Of a DNA stretch of 64,000 nucleotides, positions 11,041 through 21,443 are shown piece by piece. Numbering within the stretch: position 1 is the stretch's first letter; each line of letters starts with the position of its first letter. A program made the translations under genes and the position numbers. Source of the stretch: an uncultured Clostridia bacterium (lineage in GTDB: Bacteria > Bacillota > Clostridia > TANB77 > CAG-508); assembly GCA_947588885.1 (NCBI GenBank), contig CANQAH010000001.1:6114-70113 (forward strand), read 5' to 3'. Under the pieces are notes generated by a model, which made no database searches, was not told the DNA's origin, and was given only the letters and a program-made list of their open reading frames with translations.

Positions 11041-11069
11041 TTGTATGGTAGCAAAAAGTATGCTATAAT
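11041..11069 (+). promoter_or_regulatory. Sigma-A-type promoter of the receiver cassette
   Basis: TTGTAT-N17-TATAAT with TG immediately upstream of the -10. Confidence 0.55.
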
Positions 11070-11124
11070 ACACAAGAAGAAACTCAAAATGACGTCCTTT
11101 TTTTTACTTAGGGGGTATGTGTAC

Positions 11125-11508
11125 ATGAGGATTTTAATTATAGAGGACGGACTAGAGAAAATCATTGCGATAAAAAGAGTTATGCTTGAAATGGGAATAC
11201 AAGATTATAAAATTGCGAAAAATAAAGAAGATGCGCAGGAAATATATATGTCTGATTATAAAATTGATATAGTAATATTGGACATGAAATTCCCAGAAAA
11301 AGCAAATTCTTCCAAAGAATGTAGCGGCATGGAAATGTTAAACCAGATAGAAGAAGATTATCGAAAAGCGCACTATACACCACCTAAGGTAATAATTTAT
11401 TCATTACTGTTATTGGAAAAAGTGTATAAAGAGCATATTCCGAAATCTTTTGCTGGGCAAGCTATAACCGCGGGGGGAGTAAAGGACCTTTTAAAACAAT
11501 TGATTTAA
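11125..11508 (+). CDS. Stand-alone CheY-like receiver domain protein (orphan)
   Basis: MRILIIEDG ... IDIVILDMKFP (putative phospho-acceptor Asp) ... KVIIYS. GGGGG RBS 8 nt upstream of the ATG at 11125. The upstream part of the tracked ORF lies in repeat DNA. Confidence 0.6.
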   Translation: MRILIIEDGLEKIIAIKRVMLEMGIQDYKIAKNKEDAQEIYMSDYKIDIVILDMKFPEKANSSKECSGMEMLNQIEEDYRKAHYTPPKVIIYSLLLLEKVYKEHIPKSFAGQAITAGGVKDLLKQLI

Positions 11509-11513
11509 CAAGA

Positions 11514-11531
11514 GGGGCGATATGTCGCCCC
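11514..11531 (+). terminator. GC-rich hairpin after the receiver gene
   Basis: ggggcga-tatg-tcgcccc. The U-tail is weak. Confidence 0.45.
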
Positions 11532-11595
11532 ATTTCCTATTATATAAAGGTATCGCCCAAATTGCATACAAATTTTTTTTAACAAAATAAATTTA
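11531..11595 (+). repeat. Family B repeat fragment (right half of M1 plus M2)
   Basis: catttcctattatataaaggtatcgcccaaattgcatacaaatttttttt aacaaaa matches the B consensus starting in mid-M1. Confidence 0.7.
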
Positions 11596-11673
11596 AGAAA
11601 TATGATTAATTAAAATTTATAATGAATAAAAAACATATAAATACAAATACTACCAATAGAAGGTGGGATTTGT

Positions 11674-12237
11674 ATGAGAAAATTATTAATTATGCTAATT
11701 CTTTTACTTATATTTTTAGCAAGTGTAGGCATAGGATATTTTTACTTAAATACAAGAAATGATCAAAGAAATTCAAGTAAAATAAATGAAAATATAATCC
11801 AAAATGAAATAGAATATATATCAACAGAGCAGACAGATGAGATTGTTTCACCAAATTCAGAATTAATAAAAACAATATATTATAATAAATGTGGACATAC
11901 AATGACTGAAGAAGAAAATATTAGTGACGATTTAGTTAACTTAAATGAGGAACAAATAAAAGAAAAATACGAAGATTGGGAAATAAATTATTTTTCAAAT
12001 AAAAAAATATCAATATACCAAGAAAAAGATGAATTTTGTCCAGAACATTATATTATAGGAACAAGTGAAGGATTAGTAAATATATATAAATTAGATGAAA
12101 ATGGGGAAGACGAACTATATGAAACAACTAATATTTTTCTAAATTATTTACCAGAAGCAGATCAAGAAAAAATCCGAGAAGGAATAGAGGTATTAGGAAT
12201 AAAAAATTTAAATTCTATATTAGAAAATTATGATTAA
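11674..12237 (+). CDS. Membrane-anchored protein with a BofC C-terminal-like domain (sporulation-associated family)
   Basis: N-terminal TM helix. CGHT...CPEHYIIGTSEGLVNIYKLDENG...LPEADQEKIREGIEVLG resembles the BofC_C pattern, recalled from memory. Confidence 0.4.
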   Translation: MRKLLIMLILLLIFLASVGIGYFYLNTRNDQRNSSKINENIIQNEIEYISTEQTDEIVSPNSELIKTIYYNKCGHTMTEEENISDDLVNLNEEQIKEKYEDWEINYFSNKKISIYQEKDEFCPEHYIIGTSEGLVNIYKLDENGEDELYETTNIFLNYLPEADQEKIREGIEVLGIKNLNSILENYD

Positions 12238-12270
12238 CAATAGTTGATATTTTTATATGTCATACTGTAT

Positions 12271-12309
12271 AAAAAGCCCTACTTGCCAAAAAAGCGAGTA
12301 GGGTCTTTT
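12271..12309. terminator. Bidirectional terminator between convergent genes
   Basis: aaaaag-ccctacttgc-caaaaaa-gcgagtaggg-tctttt, flanked by an A-run and a T-run. Confidence 0.7.
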
Positions 12310-12318
12310 AATAGGTTC

Positions 12319-14601
12319 TTATTTTATTGAAAATTTTAATCCATCTTTATTTGTGTCTACTTTTATAGTTTGACCTGATGAAATTTCAGATCTTAAAAGC
12401 ATTTCAGCAATTTCATCTTCTACGTATTTTTGAATAGCCCTTCTTAAAGGACGAGCACCATATTTTAAATCAGTACCTTTTGATAAAATATATTTTTTTG
12501 CTGCCATAGAAACAGAAATTTTTATATCTTTATTTTCAAGAGCAGATTTTGTGTTTTCTAACAATAAATCTATAATTTTGATTAATTCATCTTCTGTTAA
12601 ACTATCAAATTGAACTATTTCATCAACACGGTTTAAAAATTCTGGTCTAAATACTTCTTTTAAAGCAGATTCTATTTTTCCTTTATCAACAGTTTGCTTT
12701 CCAAAGCCAATTGAATTAGTGTTTAAATTTGAACCAGCATTAGAAGTCATTATAATAATTGTATTTTCAAAATTTACTGTATTTCCTTGAGAATCAGTTA
12801 ATTTACCATCATCTAAAACTTGTAGTAAAATATTGAAAACATCTGGATGAGCTTTTTCAATTTCATCTAAAAGAATAATAGAATATGGTTTTCTTTTAAC
12901 TTTTTCTGTTAATTGACCAGCATCATCATATCCAACATAGCCTGGAGGAGAACCAATTAATTTAGAAGTAGAATGACTTTCCATATATTCAGACATATCA
13001 ATTCTAATTATAGAATCCTCACTACCAAACATTTCAGTAGCTAAAGCTTTTGCAAGTTCTGTTTTACCAACACCAGTAGGACCTACAAATATAAATGAAG
13101 GTGGTCTTTTTGTAGTTTGAAGACCTGCACGATTTCTTCTAATAGCTTTAGATACGGCAGAAACAGCAGCATCTTGACCAATAATCCTTCTGTGTAAATT
13201 TGTTTCTAGTCCTAATAACTTTTGAGTTTCTGCTTCAGTTATTTTTGTAACAGGAATTTTTGTCCAACTTTCAATAACTTCAGCAATATCTTGAACAGTA
13301 AGAACTGTTAATTTTAAATTTTTATTTAGTTCTTCTAAACGTTCATTTAAAATACATTCTTTAGTTTTTAAATCAGCTGCTTTTTGATAATCTTCTGTTG
13401 AGTCAGAAGAAACAGCTTCTTCTTTTTCTTCAGCTATTTTATCTAATTGATTTTTAATTATTTCAATTTCATATAATTCCTTATTATTTAAATTAATTCT
13501 AGAACAAGCTTCATCAATCAAATCAATAGCTTTATCTGGTAAAAATCTATCATGTATATATTTTTCAGACATTTTAACTGTTTTTTCAATAACATCATTA
13601 GAAATTAAAACTTTATGAAAATCTTCATAATATTTTTTTATACCTTGAATAATTTGAATTGCATCATTAACAGATGGTTCATCAACAATAACAGGTTGAA
13701 ATCTTCTTTCTAATGCAGAATCTTTTTCAATATATTTTCTATATTCTGTAAGTGTTGTAGTGCCAATTAATTGAATATCACCATTAGAAAGAGAAGGCTT
13801 TAATATATTAGCAGCATTCATTGAATGTTCTGCATCTCCAGCCCCAATTATATTATGAATTTCATCTATAACTAAAATAATATTTCCATATACTTTGCAT
13901 TCATCAACAAGAGATTTCATTCTTGCTTCAAATTGACCTCTAAATTGAGTACCTGCAATCATTGCTGTCATATCAATTAAATAAACTTCTTTATTTAAAA
14001 GTTTAGCAGGAACATTTCCTTCAGCAATTCTAATAGCTAATCCTTGGGCGATAGCTGTTTTACCAACGCCAGGTTCACCAATTAAACAAGGATTGTTTTT
14101 TGAACGTCTATTTAAAATTTGAGTAATTCTTTGAATTTCTTTATTTCTACCAATAACTTTATCTAATTTACCTTGTTTAGCTTTTTCTGTTAAATTTGTG
14201 CCGAAAGTATCAAGAAATCTTTTTTTCTTTTCTTTTGGTCTTTTTTCAGTTTTTACTTTTTTTCTTTCAGATGAAGAAGCATCAGAATTAGAAGTATTTT
14301 CAGAATTAGAATTTTTATTAATACCAAAAATACTACCAAGCATAGGACCAATAGATTGCATATCTTCGCCATCCATTTCAGGCATATTTTCTGTAATGTC
14401 ATTAAATATATTTTCAAGTTGTGAAGACATATCATTCAATTCTTCTTCAGAAATGTTTGATTGTTTAGCTAAAACTTCTAGAGGATTTATACCTCTTTCT
14501 TTAGCACAATTGTAACACAAGCCTTCAACAGAACTTTTACCATTTTCAATTTTATTTATAAATATAACTGCTGTGTTTTTATTACATACTGAACATAACA
14601 T
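12319..14601 (-). CDS. clpE: Clp/Hsp100 AAA+ unfoldase with an N-terminal zinc ribbon (ClpE-like)
   Basis: 760 aa. N-terminal CSVCN...CYNC. Two Walker A motifs (GEPGVGKTA and GPTGVGKTE). UVR-like coiled coil between the AAA modules. Confidence 0.85.
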   Translation of the reverse strand: MLCSVCNKNTAVIFINKIENGKSSVEGLCYNCAKERGINPLEVLAKQSNISEEELNDMSSQLENIFNDITENMPEMDGEDMQSIGPMLGSIFGINKNSNSENTSNSDASSSERKKVKTEKRPKEKKKRFLDTFGTNLTEKAKQGKLDKVIGRNKEIQRITQILNRRSKNNPCLIGEPGVGKTAIAQGLAIRIAEGNVPAKLLNKEVYLIDMTAMIAGTQFRGQFEARMKSLVDECKVYGNIILVIDEIHNIIGAGDAEHSMNAANILKPSLSNGDIQLIGTTTLTEYRKYIEKDSALERRFQPVIVDEPSVNDAIQIIQGIKKYYEDFHKVLISNDVIEKTVKMSEKYIHDRFLPDKAIDLIDEACSRINLNNKELYEIEIIKNQLDKIAEEKEEAVSSDSTEDYQKAADLKTKECILNERLEELNKNLKLTVLTVQDIAEVIESWTKIPVTKITEAETQKLLGLETNLHRRIIGQDAAVSAVSKAIRRNRAGLQTTKRPPSFIFVGPTGVGKTELAKALATEMFGSEDSIIRIDMSEYMESHSTSKLIGSPPGYVGYDDAGQLTEKVKRKPYSIILLDEIEKAHPDVFNILLQVLDDGKLTDSQGNTVNFENTIIIMTSNAGSNLNTNSIGFGKQTVDKGKIESALKEVFRPEFLNRVDEIVQFDSLTEDELIKIIDLLLENTKSALENKDIKISVSMAAKKYILSKGTDLKYGARPLRRAIQKYVEDEIAEMLLRSEISSGQTIKVDTNKDGLKFSIK

Positions 14602-14774
14602 AATATAAGTTTACTCTCCTTAAATTGAAATTTTAACAATAATTATGATACAACAAAAAGTGAGAATAGTCAATCAAAAAGAGAATTTATAATTGAATTT
14701 GAAATGTTTTAATGTTATACTATAAGAAGCAATTATTAGAAATACTTTCAACGGTTTTGAGAAAGGATAAAACT

Positions 14775-15641
14775 ATGGAAGATAAGATAAAAGATACTGA
14801 CAAAATTCTCGGCATGAATAGAACAATGTTTTTTGTAATAATCATATTGTTATGTATTTTATCCCTAAGTATAGGTATTTATGCTCAGGTATTTTATAGA
14901 TATTCTGATACAGATCCTTTTATGCTAGGAATAGGTATTGGTAGAACACAAAGTGCAGCAGAAATAACAAAATTAAAGAATGAATTTAATAATATTTTTA
15001 CCAATAATTTAACTGGACAAACAACTTTACAAAATATAAACAAAATAGATGATAATGGTGATATTGTTACAATAATGGAAACTGTTACAGAAAGAGATGA
15101 AGAAAACTACAATATAGAAGCACATTTACCTAAGCTAAATATAAACGCAAATGAAGCTTCAAAAATAAATTCTGAAATAGAAGATAAATTTCTAAGCAAA
15201 ATAGATGAAATAATGGATAGTAAAAAAGAATATACAGATTATAGTGTATCATTTAGAGCTTACATAAATGGAGAATTATTATCATTGATTATAAAAGAAA
15301 ATCTTTATGAAGGAAAAGTGCAAAGTTCAAAAATAACGACATACAATTATAACCTAAAAGGAAATAAAAGAGCCACAATTATGGAAATTGCTGATTCAAA
15401 AGGATACAATATAAATGAATTACAAAGAGAAATTAATGCAGAAATGAAAAAATTAAATGCAAAAGATGAAGAATTGAAAAGTCAATATACAGAAGTTAAA
15501 TTAAGAGATTTATCTAACGATATGTACAAATTTGAAAATACAGAAAACTTTATAGTAGACAATGACGGATATTTATATTTAATATATGCATATGGAAATA
15601 CAGACAATACAAACAAAATAGATTTAGTTATATTTAAATAG
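14775..15641 (+). CDS. Membrane-anchored hypothetical protein
   Basis: ATG at 14775 with an AAAGGA RBS. TM helix FFVIIILLCILSLSIGIYA followed by an extracytoplasmic domain. The family was not recognised. Confidence 0.5.
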   Translation: MEDKIKDTDKILGMNRTMFFVIIILLCILSLSIGIYAQVFYRYSDTDPFMLGIGIGRTQSAAEITKLKNEFNNIFTNNLTGQTTLQNINKIDDNGDIVTIMETVTERDEENYNIEAHLPKLNINANEASKINSEIEDKFLSKIDEIMDSKKEYTDYSVSFRAYINGELLSLIIKENLYEGKVQSSKITTYNYNLKGNKRATIMEIADSKGYNINELQREINAEMKKLNAKDEELKSQYTEVKLRDLSNDMYKFENTENFIVDNDGYLYLIYAYGNTDNTNKIDLVIFK

Positions 15642-15651
15642 GGGGCAAAAA

Positions 15652-16911
15652 TTGAAAAAACAAATAACGAAAATAATATTATTATTGCTGCTAATAGTAA
15701 CACTTGGAAATACATTAGTATTAGCAGATGGTGAACAAAATGAAAATGCAGAAGAGCAAAATGTAGCAGAAGAACAAAATTCTGATACAACAGTAGAACC
15801 CAATATTGAAGAAGAACAAAATGAGTCACCACAAACAGAAAATATAAAAGCAAAAGTAATAGAAGCAGGAGATACATATTTAAGAGATAACGGAAATGGT
15901 GGACAAGAAACAGTTCAAGATGTAAAAGTAAAAATACTAAATGGAGAAAAACAAGATGAGAAATTTAATTCAGTATATGTTTTAACATATGACTTAGATA
16001 ATAAAGTTGTTGGAAGGAAATTAAGAGAAGGTTCAATTGTATATGTAAAAATTTCAGAACAAAATGGAGAAACAGTAGTTGATGTTCAAGATGTAGTAAG
16101 ACAAAATTATTTATTATATTTAATAATATTTTTCTTTGCAAGTATTGTTTTAGTAGGAAGAAAAAAAGGAATAAAAGCGATAATAGGTTTAATAATAACA
16201 GTTTTAGCTGTATTTTTTGTATTACTTACGACAATATTTAAAGGATATGATGCAGTATTAGTATCAGTTGGAACATGCTTTTTAATTACTGTACTAACAT
16301 TTACAATTATAGGTGGTTGGAATAAGAAAACAATTTCAGCAGCACTTGGAACAATTGGAGGAGTGGTTTTAGCAGGAATACTAGCAACAGTAATTGGATA
16401 TTTTGCACAATTATCAGGAGCTGGAAAAGAAGAAGCAATAATGCTTAGTGTAGCTTCAAGAGATGTAGTATTCAACTTTAGAAAATTGTTATTTGCAGAA
16501 ATAATAGTTTCTGCATTAGGAGCATGTATGGACGTTGGAATGTCAATTGCATCAAGTTTAAGTGAATTAAAAGAAAAGAAACCTTCAATGACTGCCAAAG
16601 AACTATTTAAAAGCGGAATGAATATTGGTGGTGACATGATAGGAACAATGACAAATACTCTTATCTTATCATTTATTGGTTCATCACTGGTTTTAATTTT
16701 ATTATATATGTCATCAAGCATATCTTTTTTAGATGTAGTGAATATAGAAGCAATAGCTACAGAAGCTGTTTGTGCTATTTCTGGTAGTGTTGGTATCGTA
16801 TATACAGTACCAATTACAGCAGCATTATTTGCATTTATAAATAGAGATAAAGATTCATATAAAACACAATCAGAAAATATAGTAGAAGGAAAAAGGAGCT
16901 TAAAATTGTAA
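15652..16911 (+). CDS. YibE/F-family polytopic membrane protein
   Basis: TTG start after GGGGG. A signal/anchor, a soluble beta-rich N-domain, then ~6 TM segments, as typical of the YibE/F family (recalled). Confidence 0.55.
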   Translation: MKKQITKIILLLLLIVTLGNTLVLADGEQNENAEEQNVAEEQNSDTTVEPNIEEEQNESPQTENIKAKVIEAGDTYLRDNGNGGQETVQDVKVKILNGEKQDEKFNSVYVLTYDLDNKVVGRKLREGSIVYVKISEQNGETVVDVQDVVRQNYLLYLIIFFFASIVLVGRKKGIKAIIGLIITVLAVFFVLLTTIFKGYDAVLVSVGTCFLITVLTFTIIGGWNKKTISAALGTIGGVVLAGILATVIGYFAQLSGAGKEEAIMLSVASRDVVFNFRKLLFAEIIVSALGACMDVGMSIASSLSELKEKKPSMTAKELFKSGMNIGGDMIGTMTNTLILSFIGSSLVLILLYMSSSISFLDVVNIEAIATEAVCAISGSVGIVYTVPITAALFAFINRDKDSYKTQSENIVEGKRSLKL

Positions 16912-16987
16912 TAGCTAATGCTTAAATAAAAGAAATAATACAAAGCCTTTTTATAAGAAATAAGTAAATAAGTATAAGAAATAAGTT

Positions 16988-17145
16988 AAGAACAATAGCG
17001 GACATTTTTATATATCACACTATTTAATTTCATTGCAAAGTCCGCGTCAATTGTTCGCCCGCCAAAATTTCTTTAGAAATTTTGTGTGGATTTGTGGTGA
17101 AGCTTTTATATTATAGGAAAGTTCTTTGAACTTTCCTATAATATA
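16988..17145 (-). repeat. Family B repeat, complete copy, minus orientation (downstream of the minus-strand gene 17177..17554)
   Basis: Read on the minus strand, the order is M1 (tatattataggaaagttcaaagaactttcctataatata), M2 (ccacacaaaatttctaaagaaattttggcgg), M3 (gaacaattgacgcggac ... gtccgctattgttc). Confidence 0.85.
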
Positions 17146-17176
17146 AAAAAGGGGAAGTTTTAAAACTTCCTCTTTT

Positions 17177-17554
17177 TTACATGCTTTGTTCACCAGGTAA
17201 GATGTAGTCAATTATACCATAAATTAAAGCACCAATTATTGCTGACATCCATGAAATTGTATAACCTGCAACAAAGAATTGTGTTGCATACAAAATTACC
17301 ACGGCTAAAACAAATCCTACAAAGCCTTTACCAAATGCCATTGCTTGTAAACCAGTAAATTTTACTATTATATAATCCATTACTGTTAAGACAATAGCAG
17401 CAAGGCCTAATGCCCATATGTTGTCAATTCTAAAACCAGGAGTAAAAAATGCAGTAACTCCAAGGATTATAGCTGATGCTATAAGTCTTCCAATAATTTG
17501 ACCGACAACACCCATTGTGGAAGAGCTTTGTATATTAGAATTGTTATTATCCAT
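17177..17554 (-). CDS. Small 4-TM membrane protein, phage-holin-family-4-like (YvlD/PF04020-like)
   Basis: 125 aa with four hydrophobic helices. AGGAGG RBS. The family assignment is from memory of the PF04020 pattern. Confidence 0.45.
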   Translation of the reverse strand: MDNNNSNIQSSSTMGVVGQIIGRLIASAIILGVTAFFTPGFRIDNIWALGLAAIVLTVMDYIIVKFTGLQAMAFGKGFVGFVLAVVILYATQFFVAGYTISWMSAIIGALIYGIIDYILPGEQSM

Positions 17555-17853
17555 TTTGAACCTCCTTTTTTAAATTAATTTGTTCATTAATCTAAAAATT
17601 TCAATTACCACTTTGAATAAAAACTTATTATAAATAGAAAAATTTAATTTTCTATTTTATAAATAAGCCATACAAAATTTTTTAAAATTTTGATGGAGAA
17701 CAACAAGAATGAATTTAGAATAAATTTAATTTTTAAAATTTCAAAAATTCTATTGTTGTTCTTTTATATTTTTTACGAAAAAAATTTTTTTATGCATATT
17801 ATTTTAATTTCAGTAAAAAATAAATATAAAATTCAAAAAATGAGGTTGTTGAT

Positions 17854-18534
17854 ATGCTTATTGTTTTCGTAAGAGCGATTGTTTTATATTTAATCGTTTT
17901 ATTAGTTGTTCGTTGTATGGGAAAGAGAGAAATTGGTCAACTACAGCCATTTGAATTAGTTATTTCAATAATGATAGCAGACTTAGCTTCAATTCCTATG
18001 ACTGATGTTGGTATACCTATTTTTAGTGGAATAGTACCAATATTAGGACTTTTGCTTATGCATTTAGTAATATCTTTTGGAAATTTAAAAAGTATAAAAT
18101 TCAGAGAAGTTATTTGTGGAAAACCTACAATTTTAATTTATAGAGGAAAAATAGATGAACAAAAATTGAAAAAGGAGAGATATACAGTAAATGAACTTCA
18201 AGAAAAATTAAGAAGTAAAGATGTATTTAATATTAGTGATGTTGAATATGCAATATTGGAAACTAGTGGAGACATTAGTGTTATTTTAAAACCTGAGAAA
18301 AGGACACCAGTTTTAGAAGAACTTAAAATTGAGGGAAAATATGAAGGTTTAGCATATGACTTAGTTGTTGATGGTGTAATTCAATATGAAAATTTAAAAA
18401 AGATAAATAAAGATTATGAATGGTTAGAGGAACAAGTAAGCAAATTTGGATTTGAACCACAAGATGCATTGATTGTAACAATAGATGCTGATAATCAAAT
18501 ATTTTGTCAGAAAAAGGGAGATAAAAATGGTTAA
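17854..18534 (+). CDS. DUF421/YetF-family membrane protein
   Basis: GKREIGQLQPFELVISIMIADLAS is the characteristic N-terminal motif, followed by a C-terminal soluble domain. Confidence 0.65.
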   Translation: MLIVFVRAIVLYLIVLLVVRCMGKREIGQLQPFELVISIMIADLASIPMTDVGIPIFSGIVPILGLLLMHLVISFGNLKSIKFREVICGKPTILIYRGKIDEQKLKKERYTVNELQEKLRSKDVFNISDVEYAILETSGDISVILKPEKRTPVLEELKIEGKYEGLAYDLVVDGVIQYENLKKINKDYEWLEEQVSKFGFEPQDALIVTIDADNQIFCQKKGDKNG

Positions 18535-18907
18535 AGAATTAATTATTTCAATTGTAATAGTAGTTGGAATTGTTGCAGGTGATATTTTTCTTGGAAATTT
18601 CATAGATGAAAAATTAAATAATACAATGGGATTATTAGATGAAGTTAGAAATTTAATAGAAGAAAAAAAATATGATGAAGCAGGCGAAAAAATTAAAGGA
18701 GTAGAATCATATTGGAACGAATCAGAAGAATTTTTGGCATATTATATAGAACATGATGAATTAGAAAAAGTTAAAACAGAACTTTCATCTTTAAAAACAT
18801 ATGTGCAAATTCAAGATGATGAAGCATTAGAAAAAGTAAATATAATGTCTTATATTTTAGAGCATATTGAAGAGAAAGATAAATTAAATTTAAAAAATGT
18901 ATTTTAA
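18527..18907 (+). CDS. DUF4363-like small membrane-anchored protein (usual partner of DUF421)
   Basis: ATG at 18527 overlaps the end of the DUF421 gene. N-terminal TM helix plus a helical domain. The upstream part of the tracked ORF has no RBS. Confidence 0.5.
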   Translation: MVKELIISIVIVVGIVAGDIFLGNFIDEKLNNTMGLLDEVRNLIEEKKYDEAGEKIKGVESYWNESEEFLAYYIEHDELEKVKTELSSLKTYVQIQDDEALEKVNIMSYILEHIEEKDKLNLKNVF

Positions 18908-18964
18908 ATAATTGCTCACTTATTATTAAAAAAAACATATTATATTAGTAAATATAATTAAAGG

Positions 18965-20107
18965 ATGATATGGATGGAGCGATTTATTTATTTAGATCAT
19001 GCTGCAACAACACAAATTGATAAAGAAGTGCTTGATGAGATGATTCCATATATGACATCTTATTATGGAAATGCATCTTCTTTATATGAATTGGGAAGAA
19101 AAAGCAGAATTGCAGTTGAGAAAGCAAGAAAACAAATAGCTAATTCGATTAATTGCAGCAGTGATGAAATTTATTTTACTAGTTGTGGAAGTGAAAGTGA
19201 CAATTTAGCAATTAAAGGAATTGCTAAAGCAAATAAAAATAGGGGAAAGCACATTATAATAAGTAATGTAGAGCATCCAGCTGTCATAGAAACATGTAAA
19301 ACTCTAGAGCAAGAAGGATTTGAAATCTCGTATGTTCCTGTAAATGAAAATGGAATAATTGATTTGCAGATGCTAAAGAAAATTATAAAGAGAAACACTA
19401 TATTAATTTCAGTAATGACTGCAAACAATGAAGTAGGCACTATTCAACCTATAGAAGAAATAGGGAAAATAGCAAAATTATATAATATTATATTTCATAC
19501 AGATAGTGTTCAAGCTATAGGAAATTTAAATTTAAACGTCAAAAGAATGAATATTGATGCTCTATCAATGTCTGGTCATAAATTTTATGGACCAAAAGGA
19601 ATTGGAACTTTATATATAAGATCAGGAATAAATTTTTATAGGCAACAAGATGGAGGACATCAAGAAAAAGAAAAAAGAGCAGGAACTGAAAATGTTGCTG
19701 GAATTGTGGGAATTGGAAAAGCAATTGAAATTGCAGATAAAAATAAATCACAATATAATAATCATTTAAAAACGCTTAGAACAATGTATGTTAAAAATGT
19801 TTTAAATATGAATAAAAGAGTATTTGTTAATGGAGATATGGAGAATAGGCTACCAGGAAATATGAATATTTCTTTTTTAGGATATAAAGGGGCATATTTA
19901 GTAGAAGAATTAGATAAAAGAGGAATATGTGCTTCTAGTGGATCTGCATGTAGTGCTGGACTTCCAATGCCATCAAATGTTTTAATGAATATGACACATG
20001 ATGTTAGAATTGCTGAAAGTTCTTTAAGAATTACTTTTGGCAAAGAAAACACAATTCAAGATGTTGAATATTTAATATATTGTTTAAATGACATTTTGAA
20101 TAAATGA
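18965..20107 (+). CDS. Cysteine desulfurase, NifS/IscS class V aminotransferase
   Basis: YLDHAATT, SGHKFYGPKGIG (PLP Lys) and SSGSACS (catalytic Cys loop). The true start may be the ATG at 18974. Confidence 0.88.
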   Translation: MIWMERFIYLDHAATTQIDKEVLDEMIPYMTSYYGNASSLYELGRKSRIAVEKARKQIANSINCSSDEIYFTSCGSESDNLAIKGIAKANKNRGKHIIISNVEHPAVIETCKTLEQEGFEISYVPVNENGIIDLQMLKKIIKRNTILISVMTANNEVGTIQPIEEIGKIAKLYNIIFHTDSVQAIGNLNLNVKRMNIDALSMSGHKFYGPKGIGTLYIRSGINFYRQQDGGHQEKEKRAGTENVAGIVGIGKAIEIADKNKSQYNNHLKTLRTMYVKNVLNMNKRVFVNGDMENRLPGNMNISFLGYKGAYLVEELDKRGICASSGSACSAGLPMPSNVLMNMTHDVRIAESSLRITFGKENTIQDVEYLIYCLNDILNK

Positions 20108-20117
20108 ATTTTGAAAC

Positions 20118-20167
20118 AAAGCTTTTATGTAATGGGAAAGCTTCAAGAACATTCCTATTATATAAAT
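20118..20167 (-). repeat. Family B fragment (M1 module only), minus orientation
   Basis: aaagcttttatgtaatgggaaagcttcaagaacattcctattatataaa parallels 17095-17145. Confidence 0.55.
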
Positions 20168-20168
20168 T

Positions 20169-20196
20169 AACCCCTTCTTGTTAACAAGAAGGGGTT
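20169..20196. terminator. Bidirectional terminator hairpin
   Basis: aaccccttcttgttaacaagaaggggtt is a perfect palindrome. Confidence 0.7.
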
Positions 20197-20215
20197 GATT
20201 TATTAATAAACTATT

Positions 20216-21247
20216 TTAATTCATTATATCATCTGAGTCATCATCATCTTCAATTGGTGCAATGATTTGAGATTGATTTGGTTGAATATGAGCAGATGAA
20301 AAAGCTCCATTTGCTTCAGATTTTCTTTCATGTTTATGTTTAGATTTTTTATTATCTTTTACAACATCTGTTATTGCACCTAAACTTCCAAGAGCTGAAG
20401 TTGCTTCAAATGGAATAAATATTTTATTTGCATCACCTTTAGCAACTTCTTGAAGAGCTTCTAAAGATTTTAATTGTACTAATTTTTCATCAGGATCAGA
20501 TTCTTTAATTGCATCATAAACCATTTGAATTTCTTTTGCTTTAGCAGCAGCAACTTGTCTAATTGCATCAGCTTCACCAGTAGCTCTTCTTATTTTTGCT
20601 TCTCTATCAGCTTCTGCATCTAATATAGCAGCTTCTTTTCTACCTTCAGCTAATGTAATTGCAGACTGTCTTTCACCTTCGGCTTGAAGGATTAATGCTC
20701 TTTTATTTCTCTCAGCGTTCATTTGTTTTTCCATTGCATCTTTTATATCTGGTGGAGGAGTAATATCTTTAATTTCAACTCTATCGATTTTACAACCCCA
20801 TTGAAATGTAGCTTCATCTAGTATTGTTTTCAATTTAGAATTAATTGAATCCCTTGAACTAAATGTTTCATCAAGTTCCATTTTACCGACGATATCACGA
20901 ATTGTTGTGATTGATAAATATTCAATACCTTTTTTTAAAGATTGAATTTCATACACTGCTTTTGCAGGGTCTACAACTTTGTAGAAAACAACAGTATCAA
21001 TAGTAATTGTAACATTATCTGAAGTAATAACTTCTTGTGGTTGAACATCCATTGTTTGTTGTTTTAAACTAACTATAGATCTAACTGTATCTATAAAAGG
21101 TATAATTATTGTTAAACCTGCATCTGCTGCTTTATGGAATTTACCTAATCTCTCTATAATATATACTTCTGATTGTTTTACAACTTTAATTGATTTTATA
21201 AGTACAATTGCGATTAAAGCAATTAATATAATAAAAACAATTGGCAT
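20216..21247 (-). CDS. SPFH/band-7 (stomatin-like) membrane protein
   Basis: N-terminal TM helix, IIERLGKF, then A/E-rich coiled-coil repeats (AERNKRALILQAEGERQS...). Confidence 0.85.
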   Translation of the reverse strand: MPIVFIILIALIAIVLIKSIKVVKQSEVYIIERLGKFHKAADAGLTIIIPFIDTVRSIVSLKQQTMDVQPQEVITSDNVTITIDTVVFYKVVDPAKAVYEIQSLKKGIEYLSITTIRDIVGKMELDETFSSRDSINSKLKTILDEATFQWGCKIDRVEIKDITPPPDIKDAMEKQMNAERNKRALILQAEGERQSAITLAEGRKEAAILDAEADREAKIRRATGEADAIRQVAAAKAKEIQMVYDAIKESDPDEKLVQLKSLEALQEVAKGDANKIFIPFEATSALGSLGAITDVVKDNKKSKHKHERKSEANGAFSSAHIQPNQSQIIAPIEDDDDSDDIMN

Positions 21248-21443
21248 CTTTTTTCCTCCTTAAAATTTATATAAACATATAATTTACATAAAATCTCATA
21301 ATTACATTACTATTATAACACAAAAGTACTGGGAAATAAAGACTTTTTTAAAAATTAAATAATTTTGACGATTTCTATTTAATAAAATTTTTATTTATGA
21401 TATAAGAAATGTAGAAATTTGTAAAATATAGGAGTCACTTAAT

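Noticed and set aside
17690-17872. 60-aa ORF upstream of the DUF421 gene
   Set aside because: It is extremely AT-rich and low-complexity (K/I/F/L), has no RBS, and overlaps the likely promoter region and start of 17854..18534.
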